A DNA stretch of 33,353 nt, taken from assembly GCA_903873045.1 (NCBI GenBank), contig CAIQND010000500.1, positions 1 through 33,353 of the forward strand, given 5' to 3'. Source of the stretch: an uncultured Methylococcaceae bacterium. Its GTDB lineage: Bacteria; Pseudomonadota; Gammaproteobacteria; Methylococcales; Methylomonadaceae. Made by a program: the position numbers and the translations under genes. The notes under the pieces are model-generated. The model was not told the origin of the DNA. It did no database searches and saw nothing but the letters and a program-made list of their open reading frames with translations. Shown here piece after piece: positions 22,501 through 31,672 of the stretch (positions are counted from its first letter, which is position 1; the number at the start of each line of letters is the position of its first letter).

Positions 22501-23718
22501 AGGACCTTCTCTTTCAACCATTTTCTTTGCAGCTTTAATGGTTGTAGCAAGACCACGAAACTGTAGTTTACTGAATATAAAAGGTTTAAATAGCTCCAGC
22601 GCCATTTTCTTCGGCAATCCGCATTGATGAAGTCTTAACGTAGGACCCACAACAATAACTGAACGACCCGAATAATCGACGCGCTTACCTAACAAATTTT
22701 GTCTAAAGCGTCCTTGCTTACCTTTAATCATGTCGGCAAGTGACTTCAGTGGTCGCCTGTTGGTTCCAGTAATCGCTCTTCCACGACGACCGTTATCCAG
22801 CAACGCATCAACTGATTCTTGTAACATGCGCTTTTCATTACGAACAATAATGTCAGGGGCATTTAAGTCCAACAATCGGTTCAACCGGTTGTTTCTGTTG
22901 ATAACCCGGCGATATAAATCATTCAAATCAGAAGTCGCAAAACGGCCTCCATCTAAAGGCACCAATGGGCGCAACTCAGGTGGCAATACCGGAAGCACTT
23001 TTAAAATCATCCACTCGGGACGATTCTTTGAACTCATTAACGCATCCATGACCTTAAGACGCTTTGAGTACTTCTTGATCTTGGTTTCAGAATTAGTTGA
23101 ATTTATTTCTTCACGCAGCGTTTCGACTTGTTCCTTTAAGTCAATCGCTTTAAGTAAATCATAGATTGCTTCTGCTCCCATTTTGGCAACAAAATCATCA
23201 CCATGCAACTCTACAGCATCAAGATACTCGTCATCAGTCAGCAACTGACCCTTTTCCAAAGGTGTCATACCGGGATCCAGGATGACAAAAGATTCAAAAT
23301 ACAAGACGCGTTCGATTTCGCGCAGAGTCATATCCAACAACAGCGCTATTCTTGAGGGTAAAGATTTTAAAAACCAAATATGTGCAACAGGGCTCGCTAA
23401 ATCAATATGCCCCATTCTCTCGCGGCGAACTTTTGACAAAGTGACCTCTACGCCGCATTTTTCACAAATGACACCACGATGCTTCAGTCGCTTATATTTA
23501 CCACAAAGACATTCATAATCACTAACAGGGCCAAAAATTTTGGCGCAAAACAAACCATCACGCTCAGGCTTAAACGTACGGTAGTTAATTGTTTCAGGTT
23601 TTTTTACCTCGCCATAAGACCAGGAACGGATCATGTCCGGTGAAGCTAAGCCAATACTGATCCCGTCGAAATCATCAGCACGACCTTGACGCTTTAAGAA
23701 ATTCATTAAATCTTTCAA
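19513..23718 (-). CDS. rpoC: RNA polymerase beta' subunit
   Basis: [10 protein letters not shown] catalytic motif; N-terminal Zn finger; QLTMRTFH; TTG start with GAGG SD. Confidence 0.99.
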   Translation of the reverse strand: MKDLMNFLKRQGRADDFDGISIGLASPDMIRSWSYGEVKKPETINYRTFKPERDGLFCAKIFGPVSDYECLCGKYKRLKHRGVICEKCGVEVTLSKVRRERMGHIDLASPVAHIWFLKSLPSRIALLLDMTLREIERVLYFESFVILDPGMTPLEKGQLLTDDEYLDAVELHGDDFVAKMGAEAIYDLLKAIDLKEQVETLREEINSTNSETKIKKYSKRLKVMDALMSSKNRPEWMILKVLPVLPPELRPLVPLDGGRFATSDLNDLYRRVINRNNRLNRLLDLNAPDIIVRNEKRMLQESVDALLDNGRRGRAITGTNRRPLKSLADMIKGKQGRFRQNLLGKRVDYSGRSVIVVGPTLRLHQCGLPKKMALELFKPFIFSKLQFRGLATTIKAAKKMVEREGPEVWDILEEVIREHPILLNRAPTLHRLGIQAFEPTLIEGKAIQLHPLVCSAFNADFDGDQMAVHIPLSIEAQLEARTLMMATNNILSPANGEPVINPSQDVVLGLYYISREKINAKGDGSIFVSVGEIHKALMAKSVELQSKIQLRITEKVVNELGETEDKTHRVETTVGRALIWEVVPDRMPYDLVNCDMTKKNISRLINYSYRYLGNKDTVILADQLMYLGFRYATISGVSFGIEDMAIPAKKSDIIKAADMEVNEIQSQYASGLVTDGERYNKVVDIWSHANDQVAKVMMDGLGEESVVDANGSLVKQKSFNSIFMMAESGARGSAAQIRQLAGMRGLMAKPDGSIIETPITANFREGLDVLQYFISTHGARKGLADTALKTANSGYLTRRLVDVAQDLVITGNDCGTSNGLIMTPIIEGGDVVEPLSERVLGRVAVNDILDAAGESIIVPAKTLLDEHWVAILEEQGIDQVIVRSIITCENRHGVCAACYGRDLGRGHLVNIGEAVGVIAAQSIGEPGTQLTMRTFHIGGAASRSVAISNVQVKSSGTVRLNNLKSVINREGKLVAVSRSGEVGVVDDYGRERERYKIPYGAVLSVQEGSRINAGDIIVTWDPFTHPVITEVEGIVELKDFIDGVTVQKQSDEVTGLSSLVVTDPKQRGSAGKELRPMVKLSDNEGNTIYLPGTEIPAQYFLPAGAIAGIKDGGEVKVGDVLARIPQESSKTRDITGGLPRVADLFEARKTKDPAILAETSGTISFGKETKGKQRVIITDALGEQIETLIPKWRHITVFEGEYVEKGETIAEGELTPHDILRLRGIEELANYLVKEIQDVYRLQGVKINDKHIEAIIRQMLRKVEITASGDTDFVKGEQVERAAMRVENDKMESEGKIPASYESILLGITKASLATESFISAASFQETTRVLTDAAVRGLSDGLQGLKENVIVGRLIPAGTGLAYHENRKNRFAQHQAVESDVSVAVDAGDVEEALKQALNV

Positions 23719-23761
23719 GAGCTTGTCCTCTTTAAGTAGTTTCTGGTGTAGTCCAGAACAG

Positions 23762-23788
23762 GCTTAGACGCGATGAACGCGTCTCTAC
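23762..23788 (-). repeat. GTAG-type REP-like palindrome
   Basis: GTAG-AGACGCG-TTCAT-CGCGTCT: a GTAG tetranucleotide followed by a perfect 7-bp stem, intergenic. Confidence 0.6.
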
Positions 23789-23909
23789 AGTGCAAATATC
23801 GGCATTATCTAAATTAAGTGGCCATTCAATAGACCACTTAATTAGGTGCTATAAGAGGTTAAAATAAATCACGTAACGTATTATTATTAAAGCCCTAAGT
23901 TCTCTATAG

Positions 23910-23948
23910 AAAACAACAATAGGGATGCTGCATTACAGCATCCCTATT
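23910..23948 (-). terminator. Terminator-like or REP-derived hairpin immediately after rpoB
   Basis: Perfect 13-bp inverted repeat AATAGGGATGCTG-TAATG-CAGCATCCCTATT followed by GTTGTTTT, 7 bp after the rpoB stop. Confidence 0.5.
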
Positions 23949-23955
23949 CGGGATT

Positions 23956-26900
23956 TTATTCCCGCTGTAATTCTATATTAACTGCCAATGACCGGATTTC
24001 TTTTATTAAAACATTAAACGATTCGGGCATACCCGCTTCCATTTTATGATCACCGTCGACGATGTTTTTATACATGCGCGTTCTACCTGTAACATCATCC
24101 GACTTAACAGTGAGCATCTCTTGCAAGGTATAGGCTGCTCCATAAGCTTCCAAAGCCCAGACTTCCATTTCACCAAAACGCTGACCTCCGAACTGTGCTT
24201 TTCCGCCTAATGGTTGCTGAGTAACGAGACTGTAAGGACCTGTTGAACGCGCATGCATTTTATCATCAACCAAATGATTCAACTTCAACATGTACATATA
24301 ACCAACAGTGACTTCCCGCTCGAATGGCTCACCCGTCAAACCATCATAAAGTGTAATTTGACCATGCTCAGGCAAATCAGCCAATTTTAACATCGTCCGA
24401 ATTTCATCTTCGCTGGCACCATCAAATACAGGTGTCGCCATTGGAACGCCAGCCACCAGATTAGCCGCCATTTCAAGAATCTCTTTATCTGAAAATGAAT
24501 CCAAATCTTCTTTACGACCACTACAGTTGTAGATTTTATCGAGGTATTCTCTAATAGCAGTAACTTTAACTTGCTCTGCATCATGTTTGGCTTCAAGCAT
24601 CTTGCCTATTTTGATACCCAAGCCTTTTGCAGCCCAGCCTAAATGGGTCTCAAGAACCTGCCCTACATTCATTCGCGAAGGTACACCCAGTGGATTTAAA
24701 ACAATATCTACGGGGTTGCCATCTGCCGTGTAAGGCATATCTTCAATTGGCCTGATCATGGAAATAACACCTTTATTTCCATGACGACCCGCCATTTTAT
24801 CACCAGGCTGTATACGTCGTTTCACCGCCAAATAAACCTTGACCATTTTCAGCACGCCTGGTGCCAAATCATCGCCCATGGTTATTTTTTTGCGTTTAAC
24901 TTCAAACTTTTCATCAAAATCTTTTCTTTGCTGCTCAACTTGGGCAACAACCGTTTCCAGCTGAAGATTAATATCTTCATCTTTCATTTTTATTTTTAAC
25001 CACTCTGAATGTCTTAAACCATTCAGATAATCTTGCGTTACTTCCGTACCGGCCTTGTGTCCACCGGGGCCTGATTGAGCTATTTTGCTAATCAGCATTC
25101 TAGCAACACGAGCGAAAATATCTTCTTCGAGAATTTTAAGCTGATCATCAAGGTCTTTTCTGTAACGCTTGATTTCTTCCTGCTCAATATCAAGAGCACG
25201 CTTGTCCTTTTTTACACCGTCACGGGTAAACACTTGCACATCAATAACTGTACCTTCAATGCTACCAGGGACACGTAATGATGTATCTTTTACATCGGCG
25301 GCTTTTTCACCAAAAATTGCACGTAGTAGCTTTTCTTCCGGGGTTAGCTGAGTCTCACCTTTTGGTGTGACTTTACCTACCAGAATATCACCACCCTTAA
25401 CTTCTGCGCCAACGTATACTATTCCAGACGCATCAAGCTTGGATAAAGCCTCTTCGCTGACATTGGGAATATCGGCCGTAATTTCTTCCGGACTATGCTT
25501 GGTATCCCGTGCGACGCACGTTTTTTCTTCAATGTGAATAGTAGTAAATCGATCTTCTTTAACAACACGCTCGGATACTAAAATAGAATCTTCGAAGTTA
25601 TAGCCGTTCCAAGGCATAAACGCGACCAACATATTTTGACCCAATGCCAACTCACCCATATCGGTAGAAGGACCATCAGCCATAATATCGCCAGCATTAA
25701 CTATGTCCCCAGGCTTCACCAAAGGCTTTTGATTAATACAAGTATTTTGGTTTGATCGTGTATATTTAGTCAGGTTATAAATATCAACTCCTGGCGCACC
25801 TGTTTCAGTTTCAGTGTCATTGACGCGCACTACGATTCTTGCCGCATCGACCGCTTCAATACTACCACCACGCGCAGCGACGACAGTAACGCCAGAATCT
25901 TTAGCAACGATTCTTTCCATACCCGTACCTACTAACGGCTTTTCAGCCCTTAATGTAGGAACAGCCTGGCGCTGCATGTTTGAACCCATCAATGCACGGT
26001 TAGCATCATCATGCTCCAGGAACGGAATGATGGATGCGGCGACCGATACAATTTGCTTTGATGACACATCCATATACTGTACAGTGTCAGACATTGCCAA
26101 TGCAAATTCATCTTTATGTCGGCACGACACCAAACCTTCTACCAGCTTGCCGCTTTCATCAACAGCAACACTGGCTTGCGCAATAACAAACTCACCTTCT
26201 TCAATCGCAGAAAGATAGTCAACCTCATCGGTTACAATTCCATTGATGACTTTTCTATAAGGCGTTTCTAAAAAGCCATAGCCATTAGTGCGTGCATAGA
26301 CTGATAATGAGTTAATCAAACCAATATTTGGCCCTTCAGGCGTTTCAATTGGGCATACACGACCATAATGAGTTGCATGTACGTCACGCACTTCAAAACC
26401 GGCACGCTCTCTTGCCAAACCACCGGGCCCTAAGGCAGAGACGCGGCGCTTATGAGTTACCTGAGATAATGGATTGTTTTGATCCATAAACTGGGATAAT
26501 TGACTTGAACCAAAAAACTCTTTAACTGCAGCCGAAACCGGCTTCGCATTAATAATTTCTTGCGGCATCAAGCCTTCTGAATCGGCAAGCGTCAGACGCT
26601 CCTTAACAGCCCGCTCAACCCTGACCAAACCAACACGAAATTGGTTTTCAATCATCTCGCCAACAGAACGTACCCGCCTATTACCCAAATGATCAATGTC
26701 GTCAACAGTTCCATTACCGTTACGAATCGCTATTAACTCTTTGAGAACATCAATAATGTCATCTTTAGTCAATGTGCCAGAACCGGTGGTTTCTTCTCGT
26801 CCTAATCGACGATTAAACTTCATTCTACCAACCGTTGATAAATCATATCTATCGTCGGTAAAAAACAAATTTTGAAATAAATTTTCGGCTGATTCTTTAG

Positions 26901-28047
26901 TAGGTGGCTCTCCAGGGCGCATCATACGATAGATTTCAACCAGTGCCTCCAAGGCATTGGCGGTCGTATCTATCCTCATGGCGTTACTTATGTACGGCCC
27001 GTTATCCAGGTCGTTTACAAACAACGTATTAATTTCAGTAATACCGCTATCTATGCAGCGTTCAATCAAAGCAGGTGTCAGTTCTTCGTTGACATTAGCA
27101 ATAAGCTCGCCGGTTGATTGATCGATCAGGTTATGACCCAGAATCTTGCCAGTAAGATATTCTCTTGGAACCTCAACTTCAGCCAAACCGGCTTTATTCA
27201 TTTCGCGAATATGCTTGGCAGTGATTCTACGTCCTTCTTCTACCAAGATCTGATCGTTGTGCTTAATATCAAATGCTGCAATTTCACCGCGCATCCTTTC
27301 TGGCACGATATGAAACAGGCATTTATCTGCACTAAGCGTAAATTTGTTGGTTTCAAAGAAAATGTTAATCATTTCTTCGTTACTATAGCCCAACCCTCTG
27401 AGTAAAATGGTTGCGGGTATTTTTCTACGACGGTCTATACGCACATAAACGCAGTCTTTATGGTCAAATTCAAAATCCAGCCATGAGCCGCGATAAGGAA
27501 TGACCCGTGCATTAAATAATAATTTACCGGACGAATGAGTCTTACCTTTGTCATGGTCAAAAAATACACCGGGTGAACGATGTAATTGAGACACGATAAC
27601 TCGCTCAGTGCCGTTGATAACAAAAGTTCCGTTATCAGTCATCAAGGGCAATTCGCCCATGTAGACTTCTTGCTCGCGAATGTCTTTTACAACCTTGGCA
27701 TTAGCAGCGGCTTCTTTGTCATAAATAACCAGACGCACTAATACTCGCAAAGGAGCGGCATAAGTTGCTCCTCTTTGTTGACACTCTCTTACGTCAAAAG
27801 TGGGTTCACCTAATCTATACTTTACATATTCCAGCACCGCATAGCCAGAATGGCTGTCAATAGGAAAAACACTGGAAAATGCTGCATGCAAGCCTGTGTC
27901 TATGCGCTTTTCTGGCGAAACGCCAGATTGCAGAAAGCCGGCATAAGAATTAATCTGAGTTGCCAGGAGATAAGGGACTTCAAGTACTTCAGTACTTTTC
28001 CCAAAGTTATTTCGAATACGCTTTTTTTCGGTAAAAGAGTAGGACAT
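23956..28047 (-). CDS. rpoB: RNA polymerase beta subunit
   Basis: [12 protein letters not shown] start at ATG 28047; [12 protein letters not shown]; [12 protein letters not shown]; GGQRFGEME. Confidence 0.99.
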   Translation of the reverse strand: MSYSFTEKKRIRNNFGKSTEVLEVPYLLATQINSYAGFLQSGVSPEKRIDTGLHAAFSSVFPIDSHSGYAVLEYVKYRLGEPTFDVRECQQRGATYAAPLRVLVRLVIYDKEAAANAKVVKDIREQEVYMGELPLMTDNGTFVINGTERVIVSQLHRSPGVFFDHDKGKTHSSGKLLFNARVIPYRGSWLDFEFDHKDCVYVRIDRRRKIPATILLRGLGYSNEEMINIFFETNKFTLSADKCLFHIVPERMRGEIAAFDIKHNDQILVEEGRRITAKHIREMNKAGLAEVEVPREYLTGKILGHNLIDQSTGELIANVNEELTPALIERCIDSGITEINTLFVNDLDNGPYISNAMRIDTTANALEALVEIYRMMRPGEPPTKESAENLFQNLFFTDDRYDLSTVGRMKFNRRLGREETTGSGTLTKDDIIDVLKELIAIRNGNGTVDDIDHLGNRRVRSVGEMIENQFRVGLVRVERAVKERLTLADSEGLMPQEIINAKPVSAAVKEFFGSSQLSQFMDQNNPLSQVTHKRRVSALGPGGLARERAGFEVRDVHATHYGRVCPIETPEGPNIGLINSLSVYARTNGYGFLETPYRKVINGIVTDEVDYLSAIEEGEFVIAQASVAVDESGKLVEGLVSCRHKDEFALAMSDTVQYMDVSSKQIVSVAASIIPFLEHDDANRALMGSNMQRQAVPTLRAEKPLVGTGMERIVAKDSGVTVVAARGGSIEAVDAARIVVRVNDTETETGAPGVDIYNLTKYTRSNQNTCINQKPLVKPGDIVNAGDIMADGPSTDMGELALGQNMLVAFMPWNGYNFEDSILVSERVVKEDRFTTIHIEEKTCVARDTKHSPEEITADIPNVSEEALSKLDASGIVYVGAEVKGGDILVGKVTPKGETQLTPEEKLLRAIFGEKAADVKDTSLRVPGSIEGTVIDVQVFTRDGVKKDKRALDIEQEEIKRYRKDLDDQLKILEEDIFARVARMLISKIAQSGPGGHKAGTEVTQDYLNGLRHSEWLKIKMKDEDINLQLETVVAQVEQQRKDFDEKFEVKRKKITMGDDLAPGVLKMVKVYLAVKRRIQPGDKMAGRHGNKGVISMIRPIEDMPYTADGNPVDIVLNPLGVPSRMNVGQVLETHLGWAAKGLGIKIGKMLEAKHDAEQVKVTAIREYLDKIYNCSGRKEDLDSFSDKEILEMAANLVAGVPMATPVFDGASEDEIRTMLKLADLPEHGQITLYDGLTGEPFEREVTVGYMYMLKLNHLVDDKMHARSTGPYSLVTQQPLGGKAQFGGQRFGEMEVWALEAYGAAYTLQEMLTVKSDDVTGRTRMYKNIVDGDHKMEAGMPESFNVLIKEIRSLAVNIELQRE

Positions 28048-28105
28048 ATCGCTTCCAAACCTTTTCGTCATGAATTATTTCTACTGTGTATTTGTTACAA
28101 GCAGT

Positions 28106-28133
28106 AAAAGGCCGGTGGCACAAGCCACCAGCC
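28106..28133 (-). terminator. rplL-rpoB attenuator
   Basis: GGCTGGTGGC-TTGT-GCCACCGGCC-TTTT, resembling the E. coli beta attenuator in sequence and position. Confidence 0.85.
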
Positions 28134-28142
28134 ATACTTTAA

Positions 28143-28169
28143 GTAGGAACGCAGTAATTGCGTCCCTTC
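28143..28169 (+). repeat. Degenerate GTAG-type REP-like palindrome
   Basis: GTAG-GAACGCA-GTAAT-TGCGTCC-CTTC, same register as the 23762-23788 element. Confidence 0.45.
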
Positions 28170-28187
28170 AATTTCGCCAAAATTATT

Positions 28188-28556
28188 TTATTTAATTTCG
28201 ACAGTAGCGCCAGCTTCAGTAAGCAGCTTTTTAATATCTTCTGCTTCTGCTTTAGGAATACCTTCTTTCAGTACTGTCGGTACACCTTCAACAGCATCTT
28301 TGGCTTCTTTTAAGCCTAAGCCGGTGATGCCACGTACTGTTTTAATTACTGAAACTTTATTTTCGCCGAATGATGTTAAGATAACATCAAACTCTGTTTG
28401 CTCTTCAACAACTGCGGCAGCAGCAGAAGGAGCAGCAGCTACTGCAGCAGCTGCAGATACGCCGAATTTTTCTTCCATCGCTGAAATTAAATCAACGATT
28501 TCCATAACAGTCATGTTAGAGACTGCTTCCAAGATATCGGCTTGTGAGATCGCCAT
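28188..28556 (-). CDS. rplL: 50S ribosomal protein L7/L12
   Basis: [11 protein letters not shown] hinge; EEQTEFDV; [10 protein letters not shown]. Confidence 0.99.
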   Translation of the reverse strand: MAISQADILEAVSNMTVMEIVDLISAMEEKFGVSAAAAVAAAPSAAAAVVEEQTEFDVILTSFGENKVSVIKTVRGITGLGLKEAKDAVEGVPTVLKEGIPKAEAEDIKKLLTEAGATVEIK

Positions 28557-28602
28557 TGTGTATTCCTCTAAAAAAATTTGGTTTTAAACTGGATAATTGT
28601 GT

Positions 28603-29100
28603 TTATGCGACTTCTTGCATCTGTTCTTTAACAGCTGCCAAGGTACGCACAAATTTCTCGACCGGTGCTTTCATAACAGACATTAACATACTGATACCTT
28701 GATCGCGAGTAGGCAAACTCGCCAATCGCGCAAGCTCAGATCCATCAAATGCCTGTCCACCAATAGCAACAATCTTTGTGATTAATTTGTCATGCGTTTT
28801 AGCAAAATTACTGATTAAACGCCCTGCAGATCCGGGATCTTCCATGGAAAATGCAATCAATAATGGACCGGTTAGTCCGTCTTGCATGCATTCAAATTCT
28901 GTTCCCGCTACAGCCCGCTTTGCCAATGTATTCTTGACCACACGCAAATAAACGCCAGTTTCTCTCGCCGTTTTTCGCAGCTCGGTCAATTCCGTGACGG
29001 TTAATCCACGGTATTCTGCCGCAACAGCAGAATGCGCATTTGCAGCGAATTGAGCTACTTCTTCTACGACGGCTTTTTTGCCGTCTAAATTTAGTGCCAC
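28603..29100 (-). CDS. rplJ: 50S ribosomal protein L10
   Basis: EYRGLTV..LTELRK; VVKNTLA; LASLPT; GTG start, GGAG SD. Confidence 0.98.
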   Translation of the reverse strand: MALNLDGKKAVVEEVAQFAANAHSAVAAEYRGLTVTELTELRKTARETGVYLRVVKNTLAKRAVAGTEFECMQDGLTGPLLIAFSMEDPGSAGRLISNFAKTHDKLITKIVAIGGQAFDGSELARLASLPTRDQGISMLMSVMKAPVEKFVRTLAAVKEQMQEVA

Positions 29101-29200
29101 AGCTTAGCTCCGGTATTTTCTGGAATATTTTTCCAGAATTAATAAAACACATTCTTTCGAATGCCCCTTACGGTATTTTTCCCCTGTTTTAGGTTCTAGT

Positions 29201-29274
29201 ACCATCTGCGCAGGAAACATAATTTTTCAATCATGCCGGTTTTAAGTTTTTCAACTCCTGCGGTCTTTGACGGT
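29201..29274 (-). promoter_or_regulatory. L10 leader (L10-L12 autoregulatory RNA), core
   Basis: ACCGTCAAAGACCGCAGGAG...CTTAA...CCTGCGCAGATGGT matches the L10-leader pattern (AAGAC.GCAGG / CCTGC.YAGA) upstream of rplJ. Confidence 0.85.
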
Positions 29275-29312
29275 TACCGAATTAAACGGCAACCCAAAGT
29301 TTTTATATCTTT

Positions 29313-30008
29313 TTAGCTTGCAATACTACTTGCATCAAGCCACAGACCTGGACCCATGGTTGAAGATAAGGTTATTTTTTTAATATAGATGCCTTTCGCA
29401 GCAGTTGGCTTTGCTTTACGTAAGTCAGAAAGCAATGCCTCTAAATTTCCCTGTATATCTGCCGCTTCAAAAGTTACTTTTCCTAGTGTACAGTGAATAA
29501 TACCGCCTTTATCAGTACGGTAACGCACTTGTCCGGACTTGGCATTTTTTACTGCTGTTGCAACATCAGCTGTTACAGTTCCAACTTTAGGGTTTGGCAT
29601 TAAGCCTCTTGGGCCTAAAATCTGACCTAACTGCCCAACAACCCGCATTGCATCAGGCGACGCTATAACGACATCAAAGTTCATCTCGCCTTTTTTAACA
29701 AGCTCAGCCAGATCTTCCATGCCGACAATATCAGCACCCGCTGCCTTTGCTGCATCTGCATTAGAGCCTTGAGTAAACACAGCTACCCGAACTGTTTTAC
29801 CGGTACCGTTAGGTAATACAGTCGCGCCGCGTACATTTTGATCTGATTTACGTGGATCAACACCCAAATTAACACTAACGTCTATAGCTTCGTTAAATTT
29901 AGCTGTACCCAGTTCTTTCAATATGCTTACAGCCTCAATCACTGAATATTGCTTGGTTCTATCGACTTTGCTTTTAACTAATTTTGCTTTTTTTGATAAC
30001 TTAGCCAT
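29313..30008 (-). CDS. rplA: 50S ribosomal protein L1
   Basis: [14 protein letters not shown]; [15 protein letters not shown]; SSTMGPG. Confidence 0.99.
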   Translation of the reverse strand: MAKLSKKAKLVKSKVDRTKQYSVIEAVSILKELGTAKFNEAIDVSVNLGVDPRKSDQNVRGATVLPNGTGKTVRVAVFTQGSNADAAKAAGADIVGMEDLAELVKKGEMNFDVVIASPDAMRVVGQLGQILGPRGLMPNPKVGTVTADVATAVKNAKSGQVRYRTDKGGIIHCTLGKVTFEAADIQGNLEALLSDLRKAKPTAAKGIYIKKITLSSTMGPGLWLDASSIAS

Positions 30009-30439
30009 TATAACCCCTCCACATTCAGACCCATGCTACGCGCACTACCTGCAATTGTTTTTATAGCTGCCTCAAGATTTGCTGCATTCAAATCTTCCAT
30101 TTTTGTTTTAGCAATTTCTTCCAATTGCGCCATGGTCACTGTGCCGACTTTTTTGGTATTTGGATTACTGCTACCACTTTTTATCCCGGTTGCTTTCTTC
30201 AAAAGAATTGAAGCAGGGGGTGTTTTAGTGATAAAAGTAAAGCTGCGATCACTATAAACGGTAATAACTACAGGTAAAGGCAAGCCTTTTTCTACGTCTT
30301 GTGTTTTCGCATTAAATGCTTTACAAAACTCCATAATGTTAACACCACGCTGACCCAGTGCTGGACCTACTGGTGGACTTGGATTTGCTTCACCTGCTTT
30401 TACTTGCAGCTTAATGTATGCCGTTATTTTTTTTGCCAT
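30008..30439 (-). CDS. rplK: 50S ribosomal protein L11
   Basis: [13 protein letters not shown]; [11 protein letters not shown]; GSARSMG. Confidence 0.99.
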   Translation of the reverse strand: MAKKITAYIKLQVKAGEANPSPPVGPALGQRGVNIMEFCKAFNAKTQDVEKGLPLPVVITVYSDRSFTFITKTPPASILLKKATGIKSGSSNPNTKKVGTVTMAQLEEIAKTKMEDLNAANLEAAIKTIAGSARSMGLNVEGL

Positions 30440-30454
30440 TTTTTACTCCAATAT

Positions 30455-30480
30455 GGGTACAAACGCTTTTCAGCTCCCCC
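30455..30480 (-). promoter_or_regulatory. L1-binding autoregulatory site upstream of rplK
   Basis: GGGGGAGC-TGAAAA-GC-GTTTGT-ACCC just before the GGAG SD; same layout as the E. coli GGGGAGC...GC...ACCC L1 operator. Confidence 0.75.
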
Positions 30481-30485
30481 TAGAC

Positions 30486-30516
30486 ACAAAAATCCCTACC
30501 TTATTAAGGCAGAGAT
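30486..30516 (-). terminator. Intrinsic terminator/attenuator between nusG and rplK
   Basis: ATCTCTGCCTT-AAT-AAGGTAGGGAT-TTTTGT: 11-bp stem with two G-U pairs that form only on the minus-strand RNA. Confidence 0.7.
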
Positions 30517-30556
30517 CTGGTAGAACAACAGAAACGCAAAGCTTACGTTTTTGCTA

Positions 30557-31090
30557 TCAGCCTTTTTCAACCTGCCCAAAACCTAACTCAACAGAGGTTG
30601 ACCGGCCAAAAATGAGCACTGATATTTTTAATTTGCTTTTCTCGTAGTTAACTTCTTCCACTACACCATTAAAATCTTTAAATGGCCCATCAATGACTCT
30701 AATGACTTCTCCAGCCTCAAATAAAGTTTTCGGTCGAGGCTTATTAACACCTTCTTCAACTCTATTAAGAATAGACATCGCTTCTTTTTCAGAAATAGGT
30801 GCAGGACGATCTGAAGTTCCACCTATAAAACCCAAGACTCTGGGCACATCCTTAACCAAATGCCAGGTCTCGTCAGTCAACTCCATTTGCACAAGCACAT
30901 AGCCCGGGAAAAACTTTCTTTCACTTTTGCGTTGCTGACCCATACGCATTTCAACAATTTCTTCGGTAGGAACTAGAATCTTTCCGAAATACTGCTGAAG
31001 ACCTTCCCTCTCAATTCTTTCTTCCAAGGCCTGCTTAACTTTGTTTTCAAAGTTTGAATAGGCGTGAACAACATACCAGCGTAACGACAT
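30557..31090 (-). CDS. nusG: Transcription termination/antitermination factor NusG
   Basis: RWYVVHAYS; FFPGYVLV; KOW motif [11 protein letters not shown]; IFGRST.VEL. Confidence 0.99.
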   Translation of the reverse strand: MSLRWYVVHAYSNFENKVKQALEERIEREGLQQYFGKILVPTEEIVEMRMGQQRKSERKFFPGYVLVQMELTDETWHLVKDVPRVLGFIGGTSDRPAPISEKEAMSILNRVEEGVNKPRPKTLFEAGEVIRVIDGPFKDFNGVVEEVNYEKSKLKISVLIFGRSTSVELGFGQVEKG

Positions 31091-31094
31091 TCCT

Positions 31095-31493
31095 TTACCC
31101 GCCCTGCCCAGTTAAATAGCGAACACCCCAAAAGAGAAACATATCAAGCAACCACAAAATCAAACCAACGATAAAAACCATTGCGAAAACCAGCAACGTG
31201 GTACGCACCGTCTCGTCACGAGTAGGCCATACGACTTTCCTGACTTCTTGTCGGGATTCTAACGCGAAACTCCAAACAGTGCGACCCAAGCCCGTTGTTA
31301 ACACCACGCCCAACACCATCATCATGACAGCAACCAATCCGAGGACTCGATACAAAAGCCGAACTTCTTTAAAATAAGAGTGATCCGCTGAGAAGTAGTA
31401 GAATGCGGCTACACCAGCAACTACTAGGATGACAGAAAAAACCTGCTTGACAATATCAGCAACCGACGTTGCTGGCTCTGCTTGAGTATTCAT
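31095..31493 (-). CDS. secE: Protein translocase subunit SecE (3-TM type)
   Basis: [10 protein letters not shown] motif, three hydrophobic segments, upstream of nusG. Confidence 0.96.
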   Translation of the reverse strand: MNTQAEPATSVADIVKQVFSVILVVAGVAAFYYFSADHSYFKEVRLLYRVLGLVAVMMMVLGVVLTTGLGRTVWSFALESRQEVRKVVWPTRDETVRTTLLVFAMVFIVGLILWLLDMFLFWGVRYLTGQGG

Positions 31494-31540
31494 GTGTTAT
31501 TTATTATTATAATAGATAATATTGATTTGTTTAATCTGAC

Positions 31541-31616
31541 TGGCAGGCCAGGAGGGGCTCGAACCCCCAACCAGCGGTTTTGGAGACCGCCATTCTACCA
31601 ATTGAACTACTGACCT
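31541..31616 (-). tRNA. tRNA-Trp (CCA)
   Basis: 76-nt cloverleaf AGGTCAG..GCGGT-CTCCAAA-ACCGC..GTTCGAG..CTGGCCT-G-CCA. Confidence 0.97.
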
Positions 31617-31643
31617 ATTCAGAAAAACTTTACAGAACTTGCT

Positions 31644-31672
31644 ATATTATACTAATCGAAATTATTATTCAA
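31644..31672 (-). promoter_or_regulatory. Candidate sigma70 promoter for tRNA-Trp-secE-nusG
   Basis: TTGAAT (31672-31667, inside the last tuf codons), then TATAAT at 15-bp or TAATAT at 17-bp spacing. The region is AT-rich, so this could be chance. Confidence 0.4.

Noticed and set aside
23890-23935. Mini-ORF MQHPYCCFL overlapping the post-rpoB hairpin as a leader peptide
   Set aside because: Only 9 codons with no support beyond an ATG; expected by chance.
28048-28071. N-terminal extension of RpoB (MTKRFGSD)
   Set aside because: The conserved start MSYSFTEKK is at 28047, with a purine-rich GGAAG upstream.
28410-28456. GCA-rich tandem repeat in rplL
   Set aside because: It encodes the ordinary Ala-rich L7/L12 hinge; not a CRISPR array or VNTR.
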